Shown here: one piece after another, positions 1 to 13,805 of the stretch
How the letters are laid out: every line of letters begins with the position of its first letter
Position numbering within the stretch: the first letter of the stretch is position 1
Source of the DNA: Octopus vulgaris
Taxonomy: Eukaryota
Length of the DNA: 64,000 nucleotides
Assembly: GCA_951406725.2 (NCBI GenBank)
Contig: OX597817.1
Span: 153,760,001 to 153,824,000 of the forward strand
Direction: 5' to 3'
Notes under the pieces: model-generated
Database searches by the model: none
Told to the model about the DNA's origin: nothing
What the model saw: only the letters and a program-made list of their open reading frames with translations
Made by a program: the position numbers and the translations under genes

Positions 1-73
1 GTAAAATCAATTAGTTATTAATTAATTTCACCAAGTAGTGTTCAGTATGTAAAAGGACCATTCAAGGCGTATT

Positions 74-163
74 CAAAATATTACTTTATATAATTAAGGG
101 CTCAGTAAAATTTTACTGAGCCCTCATTTTACTGAGCCCTTAATTATATAAAGTAATATTTTG
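74..163. repeat. Perfect ~38-bp inverted repeat with nested palindrome
   Basis: caaaatattactttatataattaagggctcagtaaaat (74-111) is the reverse complement of 126-163; the inner agggctcagtaaaa/ttttactgagccct is also palindromic; abuts a (TA)n tract. Confidence 0.9.
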
Positions 164-232
<69 letters not shown>

Positions 233-442
233 CGAGATTCCACGCAGTTTCTGTCTACTAAATCTACTAAATTCTTTCACAAGGCATTGGCTGGGCTCAC
301 TGCGGGATTGAGCCCGAAATTACAGTGCTGCAAATCGATCATTTTAACCTCGTAGCCATGCCTCTCAAAACAATTGTTCAGCTAGCAATGATTCAGATTT
401 CTCCTACTATTAAAGCATTGTGAGAACCACTGTGTTTGAACA

Positions 443-995
443 CAGTGGTTCTCAACCGGGGTCCTTATGGCACCTGAGGGTTCATCTTTATATATATAAA
501 ACTGTAGTTGTGTGAGTGTCTGTCCCCTTCGATTTAGATTCCTAACTACTCCCACATTTTGCGGTGCAGTTTAACCAAAACCGGGTATCTTATAGTCGTG
601 ATTCATATCGAGCCCTTCTGGGTATTAGCGCGCGTCTACGATGAGTCTACGATTTTAAAAATAATTTACCATAATTTTTTTCCATTTTGATGCATATTTT
701 TTTTAATATGTCTAAAAATGTCTACGATGAGTCAACGATTTTTTAAAAATTTACCATAATTTTTTTCCATTTTTAATGCATTTTTTGCTATTTTTTGGCT
801 ATAACTCTCTAAAAATGCTTTATAGTTATTTCCCTTACAAACCCGAGCAACGCAGGGCGATACTGCTAGTATAAGATAAGAATGTTGAAAGCAGTATCTA
901 TATAACTAGTTTTAAACATCGAATGGCCATGGGGGTCCACCGGAATTAAATAGTAATCAAAGGGGTCCATAGATAAAAACGGTTGAGAACCCTTG
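443..995. mobile_element. hAT(Charlie)-type MITE interrupted by a Helitron
   Basis: TIRs cagtggttctcaacc ... ggttgagaacccttg; internal ggggtcc motifs; Helitron copy inside at 485-869. Confidence 0.75.
485..869 (+). mobile_element. Non-autonomous Helitron (subfamily D1)
   Basis: 5' TC, 3' hairpin cccgagcaacgcaggg then CTAG, inserted between A and T without TSD; near-identical copies at 44301 and 60866. Confidence 0.8.
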
Positions 996-1059
996 GTTTA
1001 ACAGATATGAATACTTGGGATAAGACTTAAAGGATACTGGTTTTCTGTTTTATCTCTTA

Positions 1060-1456
1060 CTAGCAGTATCGCACAGCCTTGCTCGGGTTTGTTTCGACCC
1101 TTTAGAATTAGAATTTTTGAAAAGTAAAAATTTCACATTATGTAGCTTGTTATTCTCTTTAAATGAACATTTTTTCTGGTTGAAATACACCGAAAAATGG
1201 CGACACAGCAGACAAAAAGTCGTAAAAAATGGAGATTTTCATAGAAAAACAGCACCTGTTTGATGTAAATAATTTTTGGTGTTATCATGGTCCGATTTGA
1301 TTTTTTTTTTCTTCTACGGAACGAAGAGCAAGCCTTCTATCATACTCTCAATTTTGGTCAACTTGCGCCGCAGGATCTCGGAGGAGATAGTGTTAGTTGA
1401 AGGCTACCAAACCTGCCATGCACAGACAACTTCAGCTTTATATATATAGAGAGAGA
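1060..1456 (-). mobile_element. Non-autonomous Helitron (subfamily D2)
   Basis: On - strand begins TC and ends with hairpin+CTAG; second copy at 24005-24398. Confidence 0.75.
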
Positions 1457-1459
1457 TTT

Positions 1460-1780
1460 GTTCTAATCGTTAGACTGCGGCTATGCTAGGGCACCACCTA
1501 GAAGGGTTAGTCGAACAAATCGACATCAGTATTTTCCTTTTCTTTTCTAAGTCAGGTATTTATTCTATCGGTCTGCTTTTGCTGATCCGCCAAGTTACGG
1601 TTGTCAACTTGTGCTGGGACACACGCAAACACACACATGTACATAAGTTGCTTTTTGCTCCCCGTCAACTAAATCAACTCGCAAGGAAACACTAGTGCAA
1701 GGTGGGTGCCATGCAGTGGCACTGAACCCGGAACCATATGGTTTGGGAGCTAATTTCTTCCCACACAGTCTCACCTGCGT
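1460..1780 (-). mobile_element. Old, diverged SINE family A copy
   Basis: Diverged match to family A tail (gactgcggctatgctagggcacc) and head (gcagtggcactgaacccggaaccat). Confidence 0.6.
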
Positions 1781-1795
1781 ATGTGTGCGTATGTG

Positions 1796-1799
1796 CTGT

Positions 1800-1892
<93 letters not shown>

Positions 1893-1896
1893 TGTA
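1796..1896. repeat. (TG)n microsatellite
   Basis: Direct reading. Confidence 0.95.
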
Positions 1897-2475
1897 CATC
1901 CGAGTTCGTATCGTAGTTTGATTAAGAAGTTTTATTTACGTTGTTCCGAATTTGTGCGGCACCCAGAGAATTTTGTACCTGAGGCAAAAGTTCTGCTTAG
2001 TGTGCAGTGCCGGCGCTACTCGAAAATATTTTAAAATGTTGCCATACCCGATTACCAGTTTCCCAGAGATTTTATTTAGTTACTTATTATTGTTGTTGTT
2101 GCTTTTTTTGTACTGAGGTGTAAAATAAAAATTAGATGTTTGGTGAGGCGATAGCTTGAGTTTTTCGTTTCTAATTCAACCTATATTTAAAGTAACAAGT
2201 TAAACAAGGGAGTAAGCACCTACTGGAACATTGAACATAAGGAACACCTCTACTACTACTGCTACTCAAAATCCAACTAGAGATAAATTTATGTAGGAAG
2301 CATAAAGTATTAATCTTTCCACTCCCGGTAAAATAAATAAATAAATGAATAAATAAATAAATAAATAAATAAAAATTGTTGTTGCTGTTGCTTCAAGTGA
2401 AGAATTAATTTATTTAAGATATACAGAAGCTTTTGTTCCGACGAAGTGTCTTCGAGAGACAACTGGTCTTTATGC

Positions 2476-2550
2476 TCACGTAACCTAGCATGACATGTGA
2501 CGTCAATGGCACCACAGCCATACCAATCAATGTGCCAAGCGACATATAAG
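2476..2550 (+). promoter_or_regulatory. Putative Pol II core/proximal promoter: CRE-like TCACGTAA (2476), full CRE TGACGTCA (2498-2505), CCAAT (2523-2527), TATA-like TATAAG (2545-2550)
   Basis: Canonical motifs in canonical order and spacing in non-repetitive sequence, directly upstream of an ATG exon with a consensus donor. Confidence 0.6.
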
Positions 2551-2690
2551 AAGAGCACGGTGAAAGAATGAATTACAAATAGCAGAATTCGACAACTGAG
2601 TACAGTAAGAGGCAGCGAGAGAGTGAGAAAGAGAGTGAGGCAAACTTAACTAAACGTACAGATTATTACTAACATCAGCCACAGCAGACG

Positions 2691-2735
2691 ATGATACCTT
2701 CAAAGTTATACATCCCTTTACTATCGGCTTTGCTG
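2691..2735 (+). CDS. Coding part of putative exon 1, signal-peptide-like MIPSKLYIPLLSALL (secreted or membrane protein, identity unknown)
   Basis: ATG at 2691 in gacgATGa context, 15 codons with basic residue then hydrophobic stretch, phase-0 donor CTG|GTAAGT at 2736, followed by an abrupt shift to AT-rich intron-like sequence. Confidence 0.55.
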
Positions 2736-3174
2736 GTAAGTATATATATTTATTTATAATAATAAATATTGATCGTAGTGTGATATTAATTATATTTTTT
2801 TAATAATTTTGTTACATATTTAAATAATACAAATTAATCTTATGTATTGGCTTAAGTTTTTCATTGTTTGATTTGCCTAATAGTGGTTTTGTCTCTAATT
2901 TAATATAATATTATATTTATTTATATATATTTATATATATTTATATACATATATACAAACTACTATATTTTGATATTAAAAACGAAACAATGAAAGAAAA
3001 AAAAACTTTTAAAATTTTGTATGAAGAAAAAGAAAAAAAGATAAAAGCAAACACAACAATAACAAAAAAACTAGAAAAAATATCGAAACAAAATCAAAAT
3101 GATCGAAATATTTGCTACGATTTTTGATAAATATTCTTTTGTACTTTCTAAACTAAAGCATAGAAGAAAATAAC

Positions 3175-3236
<62 letters not shown>

Positions 3237-3415
3237 GTGTCTTTTAGCTTTTATTTATATTATCAATGGATCGCGGCTATGCTGGAGCACTCTTTTGAAC
3301 AGTTTAGTGGTTTAGTCGTTTTTTTTTTATAAAACCTAAGCTTAGTAGTTATTTTATTGGACTCTTTTCTAACGAGCCGCTAAGTTACGGAGACATCAAC
3401 AAACTAGTACACCGT

Positions 3416-4322
<907 letters not shown>

Positions 4323-4859
4323 TGCTCTACTTTAAACTGGTGCATGTAAATTCACACCCACACATACATATGTAAAAGACCACACATGTGAATGCGTAAA
4401 GTATATGCAAAACATGCAAAGTGGTTGAATGGTTGGTGTCAGATGTAATGACTTGCGTTCTGAGTTCAAATTCAGCCGTGGTCGATTGTGTTATTATTGT
4501 TTTTTTTTTTTTATCCTTCTGAAGAGAAAAAAATAAAGTACTAATCTAGGGCAGGGACCTGGTGGAAAGAAAGTATTGTAGAAGATACCCGGCGGTATTG
4601 AATCAGTGTCTTCTATGTTCAAATTCCGCTGAGATTTAATCCGTTACTTGTTTTAATGAACCACCCGGCTGCTTAGGCAGAGGCCCCTCTATGACAAGGG
4701 TCTGCAGCAGGTCCTAAGTGCAAGTGCTTGGCACGGAGATCATTGACACTTGCCCTTACTACTGTGCGCATTGAAAAAAGAAAAAAGTATTTAATATTTT
4801 GTATACTCAAATATATGCGCGCGCGTGCGAGTCATTGCGTATGTCTTATTTTTTCTATT

Positions 4860-5190
4860 ATGATGCTTGTTTCAGTCATTGAATGCGGTCATGCTGGAGC
4901 ACCGCCTTGATTGATTGGGGCGAACCTATCCACTCCAGTACTTATTTTTATATCTATTAATAATTCTATCGGTCTCTAGTGCCGAACCGCTATGTTACGA
5001 GGGACGTAAACAAACCAGCAGTGGTTGTCGAGTGGTTGTGGGAGACACACAAAACACACACACACACACACACACACAAACATACATATATATACATACA
5101 TACACAGACACACACATATACATACATACACACATACATACATACATACATACATACATACATACATACATACATACATACACACACATG
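4860..5190 (-). mobile_element. Diverged SINE family A 3' half with expanded internal microsatellite
   Basis: cttgtttcagtcattgaatgcggtcatgctggagcaccgcc matches family A tail. Confidence 0.65.
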
Positions 5191-5451
5191 AGCAAGAATA
5201 TTCCATTACAGTGTGTAATCATCCGGGAAATTGACCCAGGTTCGATATTCTGATAAGGTTTCGGGGAATGGTAAGAATTCTATATAATCTTATTCTCACA
5301 CATTTTCTGAAATCAATAGCGTTGATCACTGGCAGATAGTCAGGAAATGCCAATATTGACACTGTTTATCGCATTGGTGCTTCAAGCTTACATAAACACA
5401 CATACACTCATTTGTATGGACATAGTTTGTGTAATAAAAGATACACCGTAA

Positions 5452-5670
5452 AGCGGCGAGCTGGCAGAATCGTTACTGCACCGGACGAAATGCTCAGCAG
5501 TGTTTCGTCTGTCTTTACGATCTGAGTTCAAATTCCGCCGAGGTCAACTTTGCCTTTCATCCTTTCGGGGTCGTTAAATTAAGTACCTATTGCGTACTGG
5601 GGTTGATCTAATTGACTGCCCACTCCCCATCACCAAACTTTAGGCCTTGTTCCTATAGCAGAAAGAAATA
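5452..5670 (+). mobile_element. SINE family C (older subfamily)
   Basis: gcggcgagctggcagaatcgtt head, gagttcaaattccgccgaggtc B-box, gcctttcatcctttcggggtcg core. Confidence 0.8.
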
Positions 5671-6162
5671 AAGATATGCCGAATTATCTTTTAGAGTTTG
5701 ATAGAGTTAAGATCGATCAGCATGGGAGTTGAAAACAGAACTCAAAGGAATTTAACTAAATGCCTTATAATATACCTTTATGTCACTCCACCGTTTGTGG
5801 TAAATATGGACATAAAGTGTATGTGACCGTTACTGGCGCCTGCGTATTTTGAACGCATGAAACTTCTGCCCTTTTTTTAAAGTGTGATAACGCCTATACC
5901 ACGGAATAGGAATATTTATAACTTTTGGGCGCATCTGTTCTGCGAGTTGTTGTTTTTTTTTTTTCAGGTTGGAGCGTTTTAACTTCTATTGTATCTCAAG
6001 CACCTTTCGTCAGTCACACTTTCTCATTTGTCCATCTCTTTATCAAAAACTTTCGGATCCAGCTTACATTTCTTTTTAAATGGATGGATGGATGGATGGA
6101 TGGATGGTAGTTTATATAATCGAGAGGACGAATTAGCTTGTAGGATTTTGTTACATCCTAGG

Positions 6163-6355
6163 ACGGCGATCTGGCAGAATCGATAACACGGTATTTCGTC
6201 TGTCTTTATTTTCTGAGGTCAAATTCCGCCGAGGTCGTCTTTACCTTTCCATCCTTTCGGGGTTGATAAAATAAGTACTAGTTGAGCATTAGGGTCAATG
6301 TAATCGACTTATCCCCTTTCCCGAACTTTCTGGTCTTGTGCCAAAATTTGAAATC
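6163..6355 (+). mobile_element. SINE family C (older, diverged)
   Basis: Same head/core motifs as 5452. Confidence 0.7.
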
Positions 6356-8107
6356 AGTATATTGTTACATCTATCCGTTGACGTATCTGAATTATTTAAA
6401 TCTCACCTGGATCGAGCTTGTTTTTCGTTCTTCCAGGATTCATAAAGTAAACTACGAATAAAATAGCGGAATTGATGGACCCTTTATCAACAGCCTTCTA
6501 TCGATTTCGACTACAAGTATTTTAGCTGTTCGAACAACTGAACTGTCAATTCATTGAATTAAAGTTTAAGCGGTTGAGTAACTCAGGCTAGAAGTGTTAA
6601 GGAGAGCCCCGTGACAACATGCCGCAACCCTTCCTAAATATATCCACAGAGCCCCCTTGAATTTGAGAGGACGTTTCATCCTGAAGTTCAAAAGCAATCT
6701 TGTTTTGCTATTCCAAATTTGTTTCTGAAGCTCTGCCCTTAATATAGTTATTTTCACACAAAATCAATGAGACACAATGCGTGACCGATTTTTGGTCTCA
6801 AGACTTTTGCGGAACGTGGCTACGGTAAGAGACATCATATAATGTACCCGAATCCGGGACCTCATGATTGCGAAGTGAGCATCTCAACCACTCGCTCGTT
6901 TTTGTATCCATAATCGACTTCTTTCTCTTTTAAAGTTAATATTTCTAATATATATAACATGTTATAAATTTTTTTTAACATTCTATATTAGTAGCAATTG
7001 CGATAGAATTGTTGTTTTTTTTCCTTTTTGTTTCAGTTTAACTGACTGACTTGACGCATGAAATGGAATCAAAGTACATTCTTTGGTGTGCATGTCCCTT
7101 GGCATTGCCGCTTTGATTTCAAATCCTCACAAGGGCAACTTTGCTCTCCATTCCTCTGAGGTCGTAAAACATAACTGGCAGAAAAGAATTCAGTTTACTA
7201 TTATATTTTTCCCTTAGGGAAATGTGAAAATAAAAAAAAAATGATTTTGTTTCTTAGAAAACGAAATCATTTTTATCGTTTATGAGAATATTCATGTTAT
7301 GGTTGTTATTGTTTAGCACAGGGTTAACCTTGGTTAAGCAGCCCTAAGAACAAGTGTACACCAACCATGATCATCCCGTCTTAATTTTCTTTTAGATAGC
7401 AGAAGGCTAATATGAAGGAAATTTAGTTGCTCATTCTAGCAGGTGGATTGTCACGTAGAGACTCCCTCGTCTGAAGCATTTGTGACTATAATTGCAATTG
7501 TTATAGTTGTTGTTATGTAGTCTCGGTCAGCTTGATCAGCCAAACATATTTCTAAGGGAGTTCCAGCTGTGACTATACTATCTTTTTCCTATATTGTACT
7601 AAAGACCACATTGTCTAACATGTCCTTTTTTTTAAGACGGTAAGGTGTAATTTGCGGGAAGTTTAGCTGCTATTTCATGCATGCCAAACAACCGCAGAGA
7701 ACCGCCTTTGTCATCTCATTAAGAATATCGGATTTGTGGTGTCGTGATGTAATGGCTAACATATATGTATAAACGGCGGGAAGAATTTCAAAATTGGCGT
7801 GAACATGAAATGTTTGTTTATTCTTTTGAAACAATGAATGATATTAACGCTAGAACGACGAATGCAATGCCTGGTGCTACTTCGTCATGTCCTTTGAAGT
7901 TCTCATTTCAAATCACGCTGAGATTCATTTTGCCTTTTATCCATTGGGGGAAAGTGGATAAAATAAATAGCAGTCAAGTAACGAAGTCGATAACATCGGT
8001 TGATTCTTTCTCTATAAACAGTGATCTTGATTTTATGTCAGAAACCCTTATTAAGATTCTAACATTGGTACAAGGTCACTGAGATGTTAATGGAGAATTG
8101 TATAGAC

Positions 8108-8787
8108 CAGTGGTAGTCAATAATTTTTTGCCTACGGACCACTTTGATTTCTGCTTTACTACGCTGCCCCTGTAGCAGCATTTCGATAATTAAAATTCCT
8201 AAGGAATTACTCTCTCTTTTACTCTTTTTCTTGTTTTAGTCATTTGACTGTAGCCATGCTGGAGCACCGCCTTTAGTCGAGCAAATCGACCCCAGGACTT
8301 ATTCTTTGTAAGCCTAGTACTTATTCTATCGGTGTCTTTTGCCGAACCGCTAGATTACGGGGACGTAAACACACCAGCATCGGTTGCCAAGCGATGTTGG
8401 GTGACAAACACACACAAACACACACAAACACACACACACACACACACACATACATACACACACACTCACACACACACACATATACATATATAAGACGGGC
8501 TTCTTTCAGTTCCCGTCTACCAAATCCACTCACAAGGCTTTGGTTGGCCCGAGGCTATAGTAGAAGACACCTGCCCTAGGTTCCACGCAGTGGGACTGAA
8601 CCCAGAACCATGTGGTTGGTAAGCAAGCTACTAACCACACAGCCACTCCTATGCCTGTATTGTATTTAAAAAAATTAAAATATTTCGTGTTTCGTAGAAC
8701 TGTAACTAATCAATTGCACATAAACTTTAATGACAAAATCTTATCTGAACCCCCGAAGGTCATATAGACCCTGGTTGAAAACTGCTG
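8108..8787. mobile_element. hAT-type MITE with nested SINE A
   Basis: Termini cagtggtagtcaa ... ggttgaaaactgctg; 8-bp TSD gtatagac/gtaaagac (1 mismatch). Confidence 0.7.
8209..8655 (-). mobile_element. SINE family A (tRNA-derived, internal microsatellite, (aagagta)n tail)
   Basis: Full-length match to the many copies in the window; A-box tggctgtgtgg and B-box ggttcagtccc in head. Confidence 0.9.
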
Positions 8788-9317
8788 GTAAAGACCATCG
8801 AGTTGTTGAGAAGAGAGAAAGAATCCCTGCATTGTCTTTTTCATACAATGTATCTGAAGAGGCAATTCTTAGTTATGCCAAGGAAAAGTTTTATAGACCG
8901 TGCACCCTCCGCATGCGAGGATGTAGTTTTAATCCCACTGTGTTACTTATTTTAGGGGCAAGGAGGACGGAAGAGATAGGTGTCATTGTTGTACCGTACA
9001 ACTGATTGAATTCTTCTACTAATTGTCGTGTTCAGAGAATGGTGATGACAGGATTGGTGGTAGAGCAATGAGCATGCACCTTTCTTGGAATTTTCACGTA
9101 GCCGACTCAAAGGAAGAGAAAAAGAAAGGAAGACAGAGAGGTGTGACGTTACCAAACTCACCCCACTCCACCAGCACTAGTAGACTTGTACTTCACCGAT
9201 ATCCTGAAAGGTTCAATGTTAAAGTTGTTCACAGCACGGTTTTAACCCAGGGCGCAGAGAGCCGAACAAACATCGTAAGCTGGGACGTATACACGATGTG
9301 CTAATGACTGCTTTATC

Positions 9318-9699
9318 TGGAAGCACTCTGTCGGTTACGACGACGAGGGTTCCGGTTGATCCGAATCAACGGAACAGCCTGCTCGTGAAATTAACGTGTA
9401 AGTGGCTGAGCACTCCACAGACACGTGTACCCTTAACGTAGTTCTCGGGGATATTCAGCGTGACACAGAGAGTGATAAGGCCTGCCCCTTGAAATACAGG
9501 TACAACAGAAACAGGAAGTAAGAGTGAGAGAAAGTTGTGGTGAAAGAGTACAGCAGGGATCACCACCATCCCCTGCCGGAGGCTCGTGGAGCTTTAGGTG
9601 TTTTCGCTCAATAAACACTCACAACGCCCGGTCTGGGAATCGAAACCGCGATCCTATGACCGCGAGTCCACTGCCCTAACCACTGGGCCATTGCGCCTC
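9318..9699 (-). mobile_element. SINE family B (tRNA-derived), full length
   Basis: Head gaggcgcaatggcccagtggttagggcag...ggtttcgattccc; TSD gactgctttatc on both sides. Confidence 0.9.
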
Positions 9700-10372
9700 G
9701 ACTGCTTTATCACTGCTTTAGTGATTGGATAAACTATTGATTCTTCGACTGATGTGTCTCAAATTGCAGCGATTGAACGAAAAGTTACACGAATAGTCTT
9801 GTATAGCTTTACTGATTTATTTCAGACTTACTGGTAGCCAAATTTCCTTGTGTGTGTGTGTGTGAGAGAGAGAAAGAGAGAGAGAGAGAGACAGAGACAG
9901 AAAGACAGAGACAGACAGACAGACAGACAGCTAGGCAGACAAACAGAAGTGTCTGTTTGCGATGTCATGTTACTAAACAGTTAAGAGTGAAATGAAAATG
10001 GTCTCAATATGGGTGTGTGTGTGTGTGTGAGCAGGCGTGGCTGGGGGTAAGAAGCTTGCTTCCCACCCACATGGTTCCGGGTTCAGTACCAACACACACA
10101 CACACACACACATTCATGCACAGACACAAGCACTCACCCCCACCCATACTCGCGTATACACGCACACGCACACACACACGGAAATACGCACACGCAAACA
10201 TGTTCATAAAACCACCACCAAATTTTTAGAGTGCCTTCATTTAGCAAAAAAAACATTAAAAAAAATATATATGTGTATGTATGCATGCATGTATGTATGT
10301 ATGTATGCATGTATGTATGTATGTATCTGAGTGCGTGTGAATGTATGCATGAATGTATGTATATATGTATGT

Positions 10373-10478
10373 AGGTGTTTTCGCTCAATAAACACACACA
10401 ACGCCGGATTTGGGAATCGAAACCGCGATCCAGCGACCGTGAGTCTGCTGCCCTAACCACTGGGCCATTGCGCTTCCA
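10373..10478 (-). mobile_element. SINE family B head fragment
   Basis: Matches first ~105 nt of family B. Confidence 0.8.
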
Positions 10479-10584
10479 CGAAACTTACTTTATCGATCCT
10501 GAAAGGTCGATAAAATAAGTTTCAGTTGACTTACCCTCTCCCATCAAATTTCAGGCTTTATGCCTACAGTAGAAGGAATTAAAA

Positions 10585-10800
10585 AGGCGCCGAGCTGGCA
10601 GAATCTTTAGCACGACAGATAAAAATGCTTAATTGCATTTCTACCGGCTTTACGTTCTGAGTTCGAATTCCACCAAGGTCAACTTTATCTTTCATCCTTC
10701 TGAGGTCGATGAAATAAGAATCTGTTGAGCACTAGGGTCGATACAATTGACTGGCCTCCCCCACCCCAAAAGACATTTCAAGCAGTGTGCCTATATTAGA
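10585..10800 (+). mobile_element. SINE family C, diverged
   Basis: ggcgccgagctggcagaatc head and ttcatccttctgaggtcgat core. Confidence 0.7.
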
Positions 10801-10899
10801 AAGACATGTTACCTGAGGGAAATTTTGCTGGTATTTCTAGCATATCGATCGACTGCATAGAGAGTGCCTCCTTCACAAACTCAGTACTTGATACGAACG

Positions 10900-11281
10900 T
10901 GGAGGCGCAATGGCCCAGTGGTTAGGGCAGCGGACTCGCGGTCGTAGGATCGCGGTTTCGATTCCCAGACCGAGCATTGTGAGTGTTTATTGAGCGAAAA
11001 ACACCTAAAGCTCCACGACGCTCCGGCAGGGGGTGGTGGTGAACCCTGCTGTACACTTTCACCACAACTTTCTCTCACTCTTACTTCCTGTTTCTGTTGT
11101 ACCTGTATTTCAAAGGGCCGGCCTTGTCACTCTCTGTGTCACGCTGATTATCCCCGAGAACTACGTTAAGGGTACACGTGTCTGTGGAGTGCTCAGCCAC
11201 TTACACGTTAATATCACGAGCAAGCTGTTCCGTTGATCGTATCAGCTGGGACCCTCATCGTCGCAACCGACGGAGTGCTCC
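10900..11281 (+). mobile_element. SINE family B, full length
   Basis: TSD tacttgatacgaa flanks the copy. Confidence 0.9.
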
Positions 11282-11584
11282 TACTTGATACGAAACACTT
11301 GTTGTTATGGCCATACCGGAACCAGTACCACGTGTTAGTTACTGCATTCTTTCAATGTCTGTTAATGGTTATTTGTTTTATTTTTATTGTGTATTATTGT
11401 TTCCTCTGTCGTTGCTATTATCGTTATTGCTTATTATAAACAGCATCGGAGCTCATTGTGTTTATTTTGCTTTCAAAATATAGATTGCGCTCTGAAAATA
11501 AAATCGTTTTACAAAATGCAAACAATGAAATATATCCATAATAAGAGGCGAGAATATATAACCAGCCGCTCTCTCTCTCTCTCA

Positions 11585-11815
<231 letters not shown>

Positions 11816-12039
11816 TAGACTCGTACGAATACACATATTCATGCAGACACAAGTACATAGACACACACAGGCGCGCACGTGCACTCATTGCGTTGCTTTG
11901 TTGCATATGAAAACTTAATTTCATTTCTACCTTTCCTATTTTTCTCTCTCTCTCACTCCCTCTCTCTCCCTCCCTCCTCTCTCTCTCTCTTTCTCTCTTT
12001 CCGTATACGCACGCGACCCCACACACACAAACAAACACA

Positions 12040-12143
12040 CGCACTCGTTACATTGCTTTGTACACATGAATACTAATTTCAACCTTTCCTTCTTTTCTCT
12101 CTCTCTCTCTCTCTCTCTGCATACGTGCGCACATACACGCACA

Positions 12144-12176
<33 letters not shown>

Positions 12177-12530
12177 ACACGCGCGCACACACACTCGTTA
12201 TATTGCTTTGTGGATATGAACACTAACTGCTACCTTCCCCACTTGTTTCTCTCCCCCTCTCTCTCCCCCTCTCTCTCCCCCTCTCTCTCCCCCTCTCTTT
12301 CTCTCTATGTATACACACATACGCACGCACATGCACACACGCACACATACACACACACACACACACACACTCGTTATATTGCTTTGTGGATATGAACACT
12401 AACTGCTACCTTCCCCACTTGTTTCTCTCCCCCTCTCTCTCTCCCTCTCTTTCTCTCTCTGTATACACACATACGCACGCACATGCACACACACACACAC
12501 ACACACGTACACACACACACACACACACAT
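12040..12530. repeat. Three-unit tandem duplication of a unique core plus microsatellites
   Basis: ctcgttat/cattgctttgt...atgaa(c/t)actaa core recurs at ~12044, ~12193 and ~12370. Confidence 0.8.
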
Positions 12531-13321
12531 ATGAATTCAACATGTGCAAAAGTTAATGCAAAAACGTTTCTTTTCCACTTACCTCTCTCTATTTGTTTTC
12601 TATCCTCATTCCTTTCTGCGGAAGTGCGTAGGCTCGAAACGTCGAATACTTTTCCATTTTTCCTGAGCGTCAAACTTTAACTGTCTCTGTTTCTTTCTTT
12701 TTCTTTCTTTGAACTATTTTGAACCATGAAATAGGTAGAAATAATGTTTATAAATAACACACATACATTTATAAATAAATGAATGTATATAGCCCATTAT
12801 TTCTGTCTATTTTATGTACGACTGTTAAAACATACCAGATAAACTAGGTATGGGAAACTTGGATTTATAAATTTTCCTGGTGATTGACTTTACATGGAGT
12901 ACAAGATCGATCACAAGAGCTTTTAGTTACTTTAGCGTATCTCATTTTACAGAGAGCTTTAGAAATATTTCGCTTGGATTATTAATCCCTTATTAGCTTC
13001 TCTTTGGACTGCAGCTATGTTACAGCACAACCTGGCTGGTTTTGGTCAAACGAATCAACTCCAGTACTCATTTTTTAAAAGCCTCATAGTTATTCAGTCG
13101 GTCACTTTTAAATTTTAATGTTGAAGTGAATCTAACGGTTTTTCGGTTTTTGTATGTTTTTAAATGGCTTTTAAACACTCCCCACGCTGCAATTATATAT
13201 ATATATATATATATATAGAATATATACAAAGAATAAGTCCGGGGTCGATTTGCTCGACTGAGGCGTGCTCCAGCATGGCCACAGTCAAATGACTGAAACA
13301 AGTAAAGAGTAAAAAAAAAGA

Positions 13322-13357
<36 letters not shown>

Positions 13358-13383
13358 TATATATATATATATATATATATATA

Positions 13384-13712
13384 CTCTTTTTTTCTCTTTT
13401 ACTTGTTTCAGTCATTTGACTGCGGCTTTAGTCCGCCTTTAGTCGAATCGACCCCGGGACTTATTCTTTGTAAGCCCAGTACTTATTCTATCGGTCCCCT
13501 TTGCCGAACCGCTAAGTGACGGGGACACACCACCAGCATCTGTTGTCAAACATACACACACACATATATATACATATATAGGACGGGCTTCTTTCAGTTT
13601 CCATCTACCAAATCCACTCAGAAGATTTTGGTCGGCCTGAGGCTATAGTAGAAGACACTGAACCCGGAACCATGTGGTTGGTAAGCAAGCTACTTACCAC
13701 ACAGCCACTCCT

Positions 13713-13715
<3 letters not shown>
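13384..13715 (-). mobile_element. SINE family A with internal deletions, tail-to-tail with a + strand tail fragment at 13228-13322
   Basis: Family A sequence; opposing tails flank a (TA)n tract. Confidence 0.8.
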
Positions 13716-13747
<32 letters not shown>

Positions 13748-13759
13748 CACACACACACA

Positions 13760-13805
<46 letters not shown>

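Noticed and set aside
5968-5985. Strong polypyrimidine acceptor ttttttttcAG|GTTGGA
   Set aside because: Stop after four codons in the phase left by exon 1 and no nearby donor
10900-10975. tRNA-like heads of SINE families A, B, C and E
   Set aside because: They have A/B boxes but no complete cloverleaf with a paired acceptor stem; treated as SINE heads, not tRNA genes
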